A DNA stretch of 64,000 nt from a virus (lineage: Duplodnaviria > Heunggongvirae > Uroviricota > Caudoviricetes), in IMG/VR virus record IMGVR_UViG_2944808559_000001, positions 23,109-87,108 of that record. One strand, written 5' to 3'. Position numbers and translations under genes: made by a program. How positions within the stretch are numbered: position 1 is the stretch's first letter; each line of letters starts with the position of its first letter. The notes beneath the pieces are model-generated. The model made no database searches. It worked only from the letters and a program-made list of their open reading frames with translations, and was not told the origin of the DNA. Below, piece after piece: positions 53,226-61,536 of this stretch.

Positions 53226-53603
53226 TCACTTGGGGCGGCGCAGGCCCTCGTTCGACGCGATCCGCGCCAGCATCTCCACCGAGACGCCGAAGGTGCGGGC
53301 GATCTCGGCAGGCTTACGGTTCGGGTCGGGGTAAGCGGTGCGCAGCTCTTCCAACTGCTCGGCCGTCAGCGTCTTCACCCGCGATCGGCGTGCCGTACCG
53401 GCCGGCCGCCGCACCTTCCGCGCGTTGGCGTAGCGGACGATGGTGGAGATGCTCGTGTCGAAGTCGGCCGCGATCCGGCCGACGTCGTCTCCGGCCGCGT
53501 ACCGCTCCAGGAACGCGTCGATCTCCTGCGCAGTGAGCGGCGCGGCCGGCGGCTGTTCGCTCACCGTTCCTGCCTTTCGGTCGACTCCAGGTCCTGCACC
53601 CAT
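53226..53603 (-). CDS. HTH DNA-binding protein (two HTH-like motifs)
   Basis: IAADFDTSISTIVRYAN and IARTFGVSVEMLARIAS. Internal ATG. 125 aa. Confidence 0.45.
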   Translation of the reverse strand: MGAGPGVDRKAGTVSEQPPAAPLTAQEIDAFLERYAAGDDVGRIAADFDTSISTIVRYANARKVRRPAGTARRSRVKTLTAEQLEELRTAYPDPNRKPAEIARTFGVSVEMLARIASNEGLRRPK

Positions 53604-54049
53604 CAGCGTCGCCCCGCCGCGTGGAGCAGCAGCGCCGCGTGAAGGCTGATCCTCGTGTCGTCGCGGTCGAAACCGAGGCTCGTGGCCAGCGCGCCGGCGG
53701 GCCCCGGAAGCGGCGTCGCCGGGAACCGCTCGCCGTGGAACGCCTCCTGGTCGTCGACTTGCTGCGCGTAGCCGTTGAGTTCGTAGGCGTACATGGCGGC
53801 GGTGCTGTCGCCCTCGCCGAGCTCGGCGTCTCGGGACAGCCACGCCATGTTGAGGAGGATCGCGGCGCGCGTCTCGGGCGCGGCGTCGCTCCACCTGCGA
53901 AGCAAGTCCTGGTCTTGCGCGGCCTGCTCGACGTCGTTCTCGACGTCGTTGAGGACCTCGTGGAAGTCGAGCACGACGTCCGGGATCTGCATGGCAATGC
54001 CAAGCAGGTCGCCGGAAGCGGCCTTCTGGTCGAACGTGTTCTCGGTCAT
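53603..54049 (-). CDS. hypothetical acidic protein (148 aa)
   Basis: Internal ATG MTENTFDQKAASGDLLGIAMQ. Confidence 0.45.
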   Translation of the reverse strand: MTENTFDQKAASGDLLGIAMQIPDVVLDFHEVLNDVENDVEQAAQDQDLLRRWSDAAPETRAAILLNMAWLSRDAELGEGDSTAAMYAYELNGYAQQVDDQEAFHGERFPATPLPGPAGALATSLGFDRDDTRISLHAALLLHAAGRR

Positions 54050-54149
54050 AGGGGGTCCTCGTTGGTTGCAATGCCTTACGCAGAGGGATGACGGTGTCGA
54101 ACGCGATGACGTGGATGAAGCCATGTTCGGCGATGGGGGCTCTTCAGCC

Positions 54150-54497
54150 CTACAGGTCGAAGACAGCGGCGAGCATGTCGCGTACAGCTTCCATGTCGTT
54201 GGCCGACACGGTCCCGAGATGAGCTTCTGGGTCGGCGCCCAGCCAGTCCCGGAGGACCCGCTGGATGTTCCCGGCGTTGACGTAGCGCCGGCCGCCGTGG
54301 TTGGGCACGGTGATGGCGACGGTGAGCAGGTCGCCGTCGTCGTGGGACTTCACTTCGAGCGCTGGGATCCAGCGCCGGTTCGGATGAGCGAGGATGCCGG
54401 GAGCGGCCACGACGAGGACGGCGCGCTCCCGGTTGATCCCCTTGGGGGAGTAGACGTAGATGCCGCCGTACTCGACCGAGACGGGGGGCTGAGTCAC
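54150..54497 (-). CDS. candidate PemK/MazF-like toxin
   Basis: 115 aa. GGIYVYSPKGINRERAVLVVAAPGI...LLTVAITVPNHGGR resembles the MazF/PemK barrel. ATGA overlap with the upstream RHH gene. Confidence 0.4.
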   Translation of the reverse strand: MTQPPVSVEYGGIYVYSPKGINRERAVLVVAAPGILAHPNRRWIPALEVKSHDDGDLLTVAITVPNHGGRRYVNAGNIQRVLRDWLGADPEAHLGTVSANDMEAVRDMLAAVFDL

Positions 54498-54727
54498 GCG
54501 GCGTTCTCTCCCCGACCGTCCGCGGCGACCAGCTCGCGCTCGTCGGTCTCGGCCTGGTCCTCGAAGGAGTCCGCACCGGCGGGGCCGTGGGAGAGGGCGT
54601 AGTACCGCAGGGCTTCTTCGGCGTACTGGGAGGGGTTGACACCCTGCTTCTCGGCGGCTGCGGCCACGAGACGGACGGTCGACTTTTTGAGGGAGTAGGA
54701 CTGGCTGATTTTTTGCTGCTTACCCAT
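54494..54727 (-). CDS. ribbon-helix-helix antitoxin-like protein
   Basis: SYSLKKSTVRLVAAAAEKQGVNPSQYAEEALRYY is the RHH/CopG pattern. Confidence 0.5.
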   Translation of the reverse strand: MGKQQKISQSYSLKKSTVRLVAAAAEKQGVNPSQYAEEALRYYALSHGPAGADSFEDQAETDERELVAADGRGENAA

Positions 54728-54823
54728 ACCCTTACCGTACTCGGGTTGCGGGCATTCTTGCGAGGATTCCTAGCAAGAGGCCCGGGTCGACCGGTACAGC
54801 CCGCGCCCTCCGCGCTCAGTCGC

Positions 54824-55183
54824 TTACCACTCCTGGCTTGTACGGAGAGGCTGCTCACCCGGCGGGATCAGCTTGAAGCTGACGTAGACCTTAGGGTCGC
54901 CGGGCTCAGGGTCAACGTTGGAGTGCAGCCGCTGGTACTCGGTCGCGTTGATCAGCTTGCCGCCGTCGACGAAGACAGGCTCGACCTCGCTCCCGGGCTC
55001 GGAGGAGGAGTAGTAGTAGATCTTGACGAGAGCGAAGGCGACGACGGGATAGGTCGCCCTGTCGATGACTGTCCTCTTCCTGGTCTCGGCGTCTAGCTCC
55101 TCCTGGGTTACCTGCACCTGCCAGCCGGGGGCGGCCGAAGTAATGGACAGGATCTCATTGGCGAATCGCTCGGGCATGTGCAT
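54824..55183 (-). CDS. hypothetical protein (119 aa)
   Basis: ORF track. Confidence 0.45.
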   Translation of the reverse strand: MHMPERFANEILSITSAAPGWQVQVTQEELDAETRKRTVIDRATYPVVAFALVKIYYYSSSEPGSEVEPVFVDGGKLINATEYQRLHSNVDPEPGDPKVYVSFKLIPPGEQPLRTSQEW

Positions 55184-55236
55184 CTTCCTCGGGTAGTTGG
55201 TGGCGTCTCGGTTCGGGTGTCGAGATTCGGCGCGCG

Positions 55237-56934
55237 CTACTGCTTACGTCCAGGCTGATGGTGGCGGATGAAATCCTTGTACGCCTGCCGGAACGCAGGA
55301 TCGGCGAAGCGTCGGGCCAGCTTGCGCCGCTGCTGGTCGATGACCTCGGCGTCCGGCATGCCGATCGTCAGTGACTCCTGCAGCAGCAGCGCGCCCTCCT
55401 GATCAGACAGGAGGCCGCCTTCGGGCCGGCAGCCGTGCTCGCAGGCCATAGCGTCGACGGCGCCCCACAGACGGCAGTTGTGAGCGATCCCTGAGCTGGT
55501 GACGAAGGACTCGGCGTCCTCCACCTGCAGGTCGAAGACAGGCCCCTGGTAGTCCCGCCGAACTTCCGGTGAGCGGTACTGCTCCTCGCCGGATGCTCCA
55601 GTGGCGGGCGTGTAGACGAAGGCGTCGTCGTACATGTTCTTGGTGCCGTGCCCCGGCTTGCTCCCGCGCCAGTTGGAGGGGAACAGGTGCACGTCGTAGG
55701 TGGTGCCGTTCCGGTCCGACTTATGGGCGACGTACATGCGCGGGAAGAAGCCGTTGGCCAGCGCGACGAACCCCATCTGGACGGCGAGCTGCTCGGAGTT
55801 CGTCGTCGTGCTCATATCCTTCTCGCGGAGGCACTTGCGGCCGTCTCCGAGGTCCCACGCCTCGTAGATGGCCCAGAGTTGGGCGTGAGAAAGGCGGGCG
55901 AACAGTGAGGGACGGATGCGTTTCTCCATCGCGCCGACGCCGCCGAGGGCTTTCATCAGCCGACCGAACAGTGCGGACGACACGGTCAAGGCAGAGGTCT
56001 TCCCGCGGGTGCGAATGAACTGGCTGGTGATTCCCAGCGTTTCGAGGTATTTGCCGATGCACTCCAGGATCGGCAGCTCGTCCAGGTGCATAGTGAAGGT
56101 CGCCGACTGGATCGAGGCGTTGCCCTCCGCGAGGTAGATGCCGAGCATGAAGAGGAAGTCCTCATCCACCGGGATTCGGGCGGGAATCTGCTGCATGATT
56201 CCGCGCACGGCGGCCCCGCTCGTGAAGGGCTCAAGGTGGTCGCCGACGAGCTTCCCCTGTACGAAGTCCGTCACGTCGAGGGACTGGAGGGGCGGCACGT
56301 CCTCGAAGACTCTCGGGAAGCAGAGGTAGTCGCCAGCCTGATGCTGCCGCTTGGCGATCAATTCCTCGGCCGGTCGCCACTCCGGCGCCGGCGCCTTACG
56401 CCTGTCCTTATGCCGAGCGGCGAACCACTGATGGTCAGCGGTCGACCAGCATGGCACATGTGTCCCGGTGTGCCGGACGTTGATGACCGGGCCTTCGTAG
56501 TAGCGGCTGGCGGTGGCGACGACGCGGTGGAGCTTGCCGTCCATCCCGTAGACCCGGTCTCCGGCATAGATGTCCTTGATCTGCTTCGGGCCTTCGTCTG
56601 TGTAGACCCAGGCGTCGGGCAGAAAACAGATCATCGGCCGGTCGGCGTACGTGGTGCAGCGGTCGTCCTTGAGGGCGGGGCAGGCGTAGTCGCCGTCGCG
56701 GTCGAGCTGGTCGAGCGCGTCGTCGTGGTGGGGGATGGTGACGCCGCGGGCGCGGATACGCTGCCGTTCGCGGGGGTGCATGTCGATCGGGCCGCACGAG
56801 TCGGCGCACAGGCCCTTGCAGTTCGGCTGCGGCACCTGCGCGTACAGCTCGTCCAGGCGGGCGTCGATATCGGAGCGTCGCACAAGCTCTCCAGGGTGAG
56901 GGGTAGGGGCAGAAAGAAGGGCGCGAGCCGTCAA
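55237..56934 (-). CDS. intein-containing Cys-cluster protein; the extein is a ~181-aa CxxxCxxxC...C-rich putative metal-binding protein
   Basis: TTG start per the ORF track. Contains all the canonical intein blocks. Confidence 0.7.
   Translation of the reverse strand: MTARALLSAPTPHPGELVRRSDIDARLDELYAQVPQPNCKGLCADSCGPIDMHPRERQRIRARGVTIPHHDDALDQLDRDGDYACPALKDDRCTTYADRPMICFLPDAWVYTDEGPKQIKDIYAGDRVYGMDGKLHRVVATASRYYEGPVINVRHTGTHVPCWSTADHQWFAARHKDRRKAPAPEWRPAEELIAKRQHQAGDYLCFPRVFEDVPPLQSLDVTDFVQGKLVGDHLEPFTSGAAVRGIMQQIPARIPVDEDFLFMLGIYLAEGNASIQSATFTMHLDELPILECIGKYLETLGITSQFIRTRGKTSALTVSSALFGRLMKALGGVGAMEKRIRPSLFARLSHAQLWAIYEAWDLGDGRKCLREKDMSTTTNSEQLAVQMGFVALANGFFPRMYVAHKSDRNGTTYDVHLFPSNWRGSKPGHGTKNMYDDAFVYTPATGASGEEQYRSPEVRRDYQGPVFDLQVEDAESFVTSSGIAHNCRLWGAVDAMACEHGCRPEGGLLSDQEGALLLQESLTIGMPDAEVIDQQRRKLARRFADPAFRQAYKDFIRHHQPGRKQ
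55477..56628 (-). mobile_element. intein (384 aa) with LAGLIDADG homing endonuclease
   Basis: N-splice ...RPMI|CFLPDAWVYTDEG, block B TADH, LAGLIDADG motifs LGIYLAEGN and AWDLGDGRK, C-splice FVTSSGIAHN|C. Confidence 0.7.
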
Positions 56935-56959
56935 GGGGGTACGGCTCGCGCCCCGAGGG

Positions 56960-56976
56960 TGATTACGGCGTAATCA
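56960..56976. repeat. 17-bp AT-rich palindrome TGATTACGGCGTAATCA (copy 1), 1 nt after the HU stop and 26 nt upstream of the intein-gene start
   Basis: Read directly. Confidence 0.6.
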
Positions 56977-56977
56977 G

Positions 56978-57274
56978 CTACGCCCTGCCGTTGACGGCGG
57001 CCTCGAGTTCGGCGCCCATCGTGAACGTGACGGCCTTCTTCGCAGCGATGTCGATCTTCTCGCCGGTCGACGGGTTGCGGCCCACGCGGGGCTTGCGCTC
57101 GACGACCTTGAGGCGGCCGAAGTTCGTGATGGCGACGTCGCCGCCGGCGGCGAGCGCGCCGCTCATGGCATCGATGACAGCGCTGACGACGAGTTCGGCG
57201 TCGACGGGGAGTTCGGCCTTCTTCGCGTCCTGGATGGCGCCGTTGACTGCCTTGACGAGGTCACGCTTGTTCAT
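56978..57274 (-). CDS. HU-family DNA-binding protein
   Basis: MNKRDLVKAVNGAIQDAKKAELPVDAELVVSAVIDAMSGALAAGGDVAITNFGRLKVVERKPRVGRNPSTGEKIDI is the HU/IHF fold signature. Confidence 0.8.
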   Translation of the reverse strand: MNKRDLVKAVNGAIQDAKKAELPVDAELVVSAVIDAMSGALAAGGDVAITNFGRLKVVERKPRVGRNPSTGEKIDIAAKKAVTFTMGAELEAAVNGRA

Positions 57275-57357
57275 GGCTGGTTGCCCTTCTGTGTCGATGA
57301 TCCAGTATTACGCTAGCGCCAGCGCTAGCGGCATAGCCTTACTGGAGGATCCGGCGG

Positions 57358-57756
57358 TCAGCGCGGCTCCTGGACGGTGAACAGCTTCTCGGCGAGCGAG
57401 GGAAGCATGGCCCACGTGACGCCGCGGTGGTTCCAGCGGTGCACGCGCTCCAGCAGCCACTGGGCGCCCGGGGTGAAGAGGCGCTTCACGTGGCTCGGCG
57501 CGGCCTTGATGGAGCAGCCGGCCGGGAGGTCGTCGATGGTCACGCCGTGGACGGCGAGCAGTTCGACGGCGATGCAGTTGTGCGGGTCCTGCTCGCCGCG
57601 ATGGGAGGAGCCGACGCGGCCGGGGTGGGCGGCGCTGATCTGCGCGAGCTGGCGCATGAGCTTCCCGTGGCTGATCCTCAGCTTCCTCGTCGCGGGGCTG
57701 GCGGGGGTCTCCTCTTCCGGCGGGGGCGGGAGGTCAGGAGGCGAGGAGGTGTGCAT
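57358..57756 (-). CDS. hypothetical protein (132 aa)
   Basis: ORF track. Confidence 0.45.
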   Translation of the reverse strand: MHTSSPPDLPPPPEEETPASPATRKLRISHGKLMRQLAQISAAHPGRVGSSHRGEQDPHNCIAVELLAVHGVTIDDLPAGCSIKAAPSHVKRLFTPGAQWLLERVHRWNHRGVTWAMLPSLAEKLFTVQEPR

Positions 57757-58363
57757 GGGCTTCCTTCCTGGGCGGGTGAGTGTGGTTGATGAGGGTCGGG
57801 GCCGGTGACGGGTCGCCGGTCGGGAGGGGTGCGGGGGATCGGTCGCGGGCGGGCAGGTCGTAGCCGCCGCCCGGGGCCCGGCCGGGTAGCGGCCGCCGGT
57901 TGGCTGGGTCGCGGCGGATGGTGACGATGGGGCCGCCGCTGTCGAACCAGCCGGGCGGGTAGACGGCGGTGACGTCGTTGAGCCAGCGGCGCATCTTGGC
58001 TCTGCCGTAGTCCTTGGGCGGCTCGTGAGCGGGGGGAAGGTTCCGCCACTGGGGGTGGGTGTGGTCGTGGGCGGCCTCGACCGCGTCCAGCACGTGCCCG
58101 AAGTCCTGGCTGCTCTCCCAGGCGCAGCCCAGGCACGCGCCTCGGAAGCGGTGCGGGTGGCGGCGGACCTGGAACAGCACGGTCGGCAGGTGCTTGTCGG
58201 CCACCTGCAGCTCGGCGTGGGCGCGGCCGAGCTGGTTGCCCGGGTGCGTGATGTAGATGGCCCACGCTCCGGCCGGAGGGTCGGTGAGCGTCCGGTAGTG
58301 GAGCTGGCGGGCGACCGCGCCCCGCAGCTCGGACGCTCCGTTGATTACGCCGTAATCAGTCAC
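57734..58363 (-). CDS. hypothetical protein (209 aa, GTG start)
   Basis: Codons 2-7 (TDYGVI) are encoded by palindrome copy 2. Confidence 0.45.
   Translation of the reverse strand: MTDYGVINGASELRGAVARQLHYRTLTDPPAGAWAIYITHPGNQLGRAHAELQVADKHLPTVLFQVRRHPHRFRGACLGCAWESSQDFGHVLDAVEAAHDHTHPQWRNLPPAHEPPKDYGRAKMRRWLNDVTAVYPPGWFDSGGPIVTIRRDPANRRPLPGRAPGGGYDLPARDRSPAPLPTGDPSPAPTLINHTHPPRKEAHAHLLAS
58342..58358. repeat. 17-bp palindrome TGATTACGCCGTAATCA (copy 2), overlapping the first codons of the 57734..58363 gene, 12 nt from the upstream stop
   Basis: Read directly. Confidence 0.6.
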
Positions 58364-58369
58364 GCGGCA

Positions 58370-59131
58370 TCACAGGCCCGGGTCGGCGTCGGAGCGGACG
58401 TGTCCGGAGGCGTCGACGACGCCGGCCACGTCGTGCTGGTCGGGGAAGGGCGGCTCGTCGGCGAACAGGCCGCCGCCGGCGTTCTCCTCCTTCTCCGGCT
58501 CGGGGGGAGGCGGCGGGCTGTAGCGGTCATCAGGGAAGGACTGGCAGGACGGCGAGCACCTGACACCGGCCGGGCTGCCGCAGTCCACCAGGCACTCGTA
58601 CGGGTAATGCGTCTGTGCGCGGATCAGGGTGACGGCCTCGTGCGCGTACCGGGTGCGGCGCGGCTCACCGGGATCGCGGCCGGGCAGCGGCGGGGGCGTG
58701 ATCGCGTAGACGGGGCCGCCCGGCGTGTCTTCGACGGTGACGTGCGTGATCGGGCCCGACGGGAACTCGTTTGCGCGGCCGGAGCGCACACCGAGGCTGC
58801 TGCCGTCCTGGTCGAGGCGGGTGAACAGGTTCTGCTGGTCCAGCAGGCCGCGCAGCAGCTGGGCCGCCTCTTCCGGGGTGATCATGGACGGCCGGGTGCG
58901 GATCAGCGCGGCCTTGACCAGGACCATGGAGCGTGTCCCGAAGAGGTACATCTCGGCCAGGCCGGTCTCTCCTCGGTCGAGCAGGTCGCCGAGGGTGTGC
59001 ACGTCATTGCGGTGCAGCAGCTTGTAAAGGCCGAAGGGCAGACCGGGAAGCGCCTCCTCGATGAGGGCCTCGTGCGGCCGGCCGCTGCGCCGGGCGAGCT
59101 CGTCGAGCGGCGGCTGGGTGTCGTGGGTCAT
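58370..59131 (-). CDS. hypothetical protein (253 aa), possible HhH/alpha-CTD-like N-terminus
   Basis: LDELARRSGRPHEALIEEALPGLPFGLYKLLHRNDVHTLGDLLD. Confidence 0.45.
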   Translation of the reverse strand: MTHDTQPPLDELARRSGRPHEALIEEALPGLPFGLYKLLHRNDVHTLGDLLDRGETGLAEMYLFGTRSMVLVKAALIRTRPSMITPEEAAQLLRGLLDQQNLFTRLDQDGSSLGVRSGRANEFPSGPITHVTVEDTPGGPVYAITPPPLPGRDPGEPRRTRYAHEAVTLIRAQTHYPYECLVDCGSPAGVRCSPSCQSFPDDRYSPPPPPEPEKEENAGGGLFADEPPFPDQHDVAGVVDASGHVRSDADPGL

Positions 59132-59553
59132 GAGCGTCCTTCGGCAGGGGTGGTCGACGGGGCGGTCAGAACGTGGCGGTTGGCGTCGAGCCAGTCCGCG
59201 GTGCGGAAGCGTTGCGCGGTGTCGGGGATGACGGCGACCAGGAAGGCCAGGGCTCCGCCGGACAAGGCTCCGAGGATCGGCGGCAGCAGGTGACGGACGA
59301 GCTCGCCGTCGGGCCGGGCGCCGAGGATCCGGTCTTCCAGCAGGGCGTAGTCGTCGAGGACGACCACTCCGGCGCGCTCGCTGGCGTGGACCAGCTTCGG
59401 GCAGGCCAGCAGGGAGAAGACCGCGCAGTCGATGTGGAGGCCGGGCTCAAAGGAGTACGGCATGTCCGTCTCGCCGATCATGACCATCGGCCCGGTGATC
59501 GGGGTGCCGCAGGTGCCGCACAGGCGGTCGCGCATGCCCTGGCGCTGCCGCAT
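59128..59553 (-). CDS. hypothetical protein with a CxxC pair (141 aa)
   Basis: ORF track. No in-frame start further upstream despite an open frame. Confidence 0.45.
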   Translation of the reverse strand: MRQRQGMRDRLCGTCGTPITGPMVMIGETDMPYSFEPGLHIDCAVFSLLACPKLVHASERAGVVVLDDYALLEDRILGARPDGELVRHLLPPILGALSGGALAFLVAVIPDTAQRFRTADWLDANRHVLTAPSTTPAEGRS

Positions 59554-59791
59554 GGAGCAGTTGACGCCGAGCGTGGCGCGGCCCTCGCCGGGGACGCAGT
59601 CGCAGATGAGGATGCGGCCGTGCTCCGGGTCGAGCTCGACGCGTTCTTCGCCGTCCGCCCAGTCGGCGACCCACGGGACGGGGAAGCCGCGTTCGGTGGG
59701 GGGGCCGCGATCTGTGGCGGCATGGGAGGCAGCAGGCGCTTCATGGATCTCCTTGTGAGGGGGTGCGGCGGCCGGTCGGCCGCCGCGCCGG

Positions 59792-59808
59792 TGATTACGG
59801 CGTAATTA
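59792..59808. repeat. 17-bp palindrome variant TGATTACGGCGTAATTA (copy 3), in a 300-bp intergenic region ~45 nt after the upstream stop
   Basis: Read directly. Confidence 0.55.
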
Positions 59809-59853
59809 CTTCGGACCGTGGCGGCGGCCCGTGCGGGCCGCCGCCGTGCTGGG

Positions 59854-60120
59854 CTACTTCGGGATGCGGCGCACCTTGACGTGCGCCTTCGGGGCGCCCT
59901 TCTCGATCAGGTGGTCGCACATGAAGTCAGCGTTTTCGCGGGTGTAGGGGCCGATCCGGACCGTGTCACCCATTGCGCCGCCCTTCAGGACGGTGATCGT
60001 GCCGGACGCCTCGAACATCTGGCGGCGGGTGTTCCAGAACTCGGCCGCGTCGGGCGCGGTCATGTTGAGGCCGGTCTCGTTGATGACGACGCCCCACTCC
60101 TCGCGGTCGGCCTCGGTCAC
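59854..60120 (-). CDS. hypothetical protein (88 aa, GTG start in GTGA overlap)
   Basis: RBS GGAGGAGG. C-terminal part of a long arginine-rich track ORF. Confidence 0.4.
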   Translation of the reverse strand: MTEADREEWGVVINETGLNMTAPDAAEFWNTRRQMFEASGTITVLKGGAMGDTVRIGPYTRENADFMCDHLIEKGAPKAHVKVRRIPK

Positions 60121-61463
60121 GCCTCCTCCTCGATCGGCTCGGCCGGCTCCGCAGCGTCCTGCTGCTGCTTGAGGAGCGCGGCCTGGGCGGCGGCGGCCTC
60201 CTCCTGCTCGGCCAGCTCGGCGGCGAGCTGCTCGACCTGCTCGCGCAGTCGCTGGGCCTTGCGGTCGTGTCCGGCCTTGCGGGCGGGGGCGTGGTGACGG
60301 TCGTGCGCGGCGCGCAGTTCGTCCAGGCTGGGCTGCTTGAGCCAGTGCTGGGTGAGCTGGTGCACGATCGCCCTGACGGCCTTCTCGGTCTTGTCCGGCA
60401 CGCTGACCGTGTTGTAGCGGCCGGGCCTGCCGACGTAGGGGCCGTGTCTGCCGTCGGCGCTGGTGTTGGACGGGTCGTAGACGCCGTCTCCGGCGAGCGT
60501 GATGGTGTTGACCACGGGCGCCCCCGGGCGGGACCGGTAGCCCTGGTCGCACTCGTACTTGCCGGTCTCGGGGTCGTCGCCGTACTGCACGCGCAGGTAG
60601 TCCGGGCGGCTACTGCCGTAGGTGCTGCGCTCGTATTCGAGCGCGTCCAGGCCGATCCAGAACACGCCGACCCGGACGACGGCGTAACGGGTGCGGCCCT
60701 TGTCGTCGTGGGAGACGTGCACGCGCAGCGCCTTCGTGCCCTTCCCGCCCGGCCGGGGGACGCTGATGACGAACGAGGTGACGCCGTCGACGCGGTCGCC
60801 GTCCCGGTACGGGTCCGCGCCGACCTGGCCCAGGATCTCCTCGATGTCGAGCCCGCCGACCATCTTCAGCTGATCGAACGCCTCCATGAGGACGGCTGTC
60901 CGGGACGGGATGGCCCCCGACTCGGGCAGGTGGACGGGGCAGTCGGGCGGGCAGTCGTCGGGGCCGGTGGTGCGGCACAGGATGCAGGTGACGCCCTCCT
61001 TGGGCACCGTCTGGGAGACGTCGTACACGGCGGTGCCGACCAGCCTGCTGTACTTGCCGACGACGACCTCCTCGGCCTTGCCGGTCTCGGCGTTCTCCCG
61101 TTCCTCCCGGCGCAGGCCGCGGTACAGCGACTCCACCCACAGGGGGATGGCGTCCTCACGGAGCTGGCGGCCCTCCCGCTCCCACCACTTCTCGCCCTGC
61201 ACGCGGGTCGCGTACGGGTCCTGCGCCCACAGCCGCATGCTGTTGGCGAGGGTGTGCCGGTTGTAGTGCGGGAACTGGGCGACGTACAGCCGGACCTCGT
61301 CCAGCACGGCGGGGGTGTCGCGGATCGCCGCGGCGGTGATCTCCGCAGCGGCGGCGGCCCAGGAGTTGCCGAGCAGCTGCTGCTCGCGCCAGGCGGCGTA
61401 CTCCTCGGCGGTCATCTTCGCGGCGCGGCCGGTCTTGGGCTGCTCGGCGGGTGGACGGATCAT
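60117..61463 (-). CDS. ArdC N-terminal-like (DUF1738) domain protein
   Basis: FPHYNRHTLANSMRLWAQDPYATRVQGEKWWEREGRQLREDAIPLWV matches the ArdC-N ssDNA-binding pattern (FHxYSxxN..L...Q....T.V.G...W...GR.V..GE..I). 448 aa. Confidence 0.55.
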   Translation of the reverse strand: MIRPPAEQPKTGRAAKMTAEEYAAWREQQLLGNSWAAAAAEITAAAIRDTPAVLDEVRLYVAQFPHYNRHTLANSMRLWAQDPYATRVQGEKWWEREGRQLREDAIPLWVESLYRGLRREERENAETGKAEEVVVGKYSRLVGTAVYDVSQTVPKEGVTCILCRTTGPDDCPPDCPVHLPESGAIPSRTAVLMEAFDQLKMVGGLDIEEILGQVGADPYRDGDRVDGVTSFVISVPRPGGKGTKALRVHVSHDDKGRTRYAVVRVGVFWIGLDALEYERSTYGSSRPDYLRVQYGDDPETGKYECDQGYRSRPGAPVVNTITLAGDGVYDPSNTSADGRHGPYVGRPGRYNTVSVPDKTEKAVRAIVHQLTQHWLKQPSLDELRAAHDRHHAPARKAGHDRKAQRLREQVEQLAAELAEQEEAAAAQAALLKQQQDAAEPAEPIEEEA

Positions 61464-61536
61464 GCGGGTTCCTTTGCTTGCGTTTCGGCTAGCGATACAA
61501 GGGCGGGTCCGGGGTTGGGCCCGCCCCAGGGGGTGG

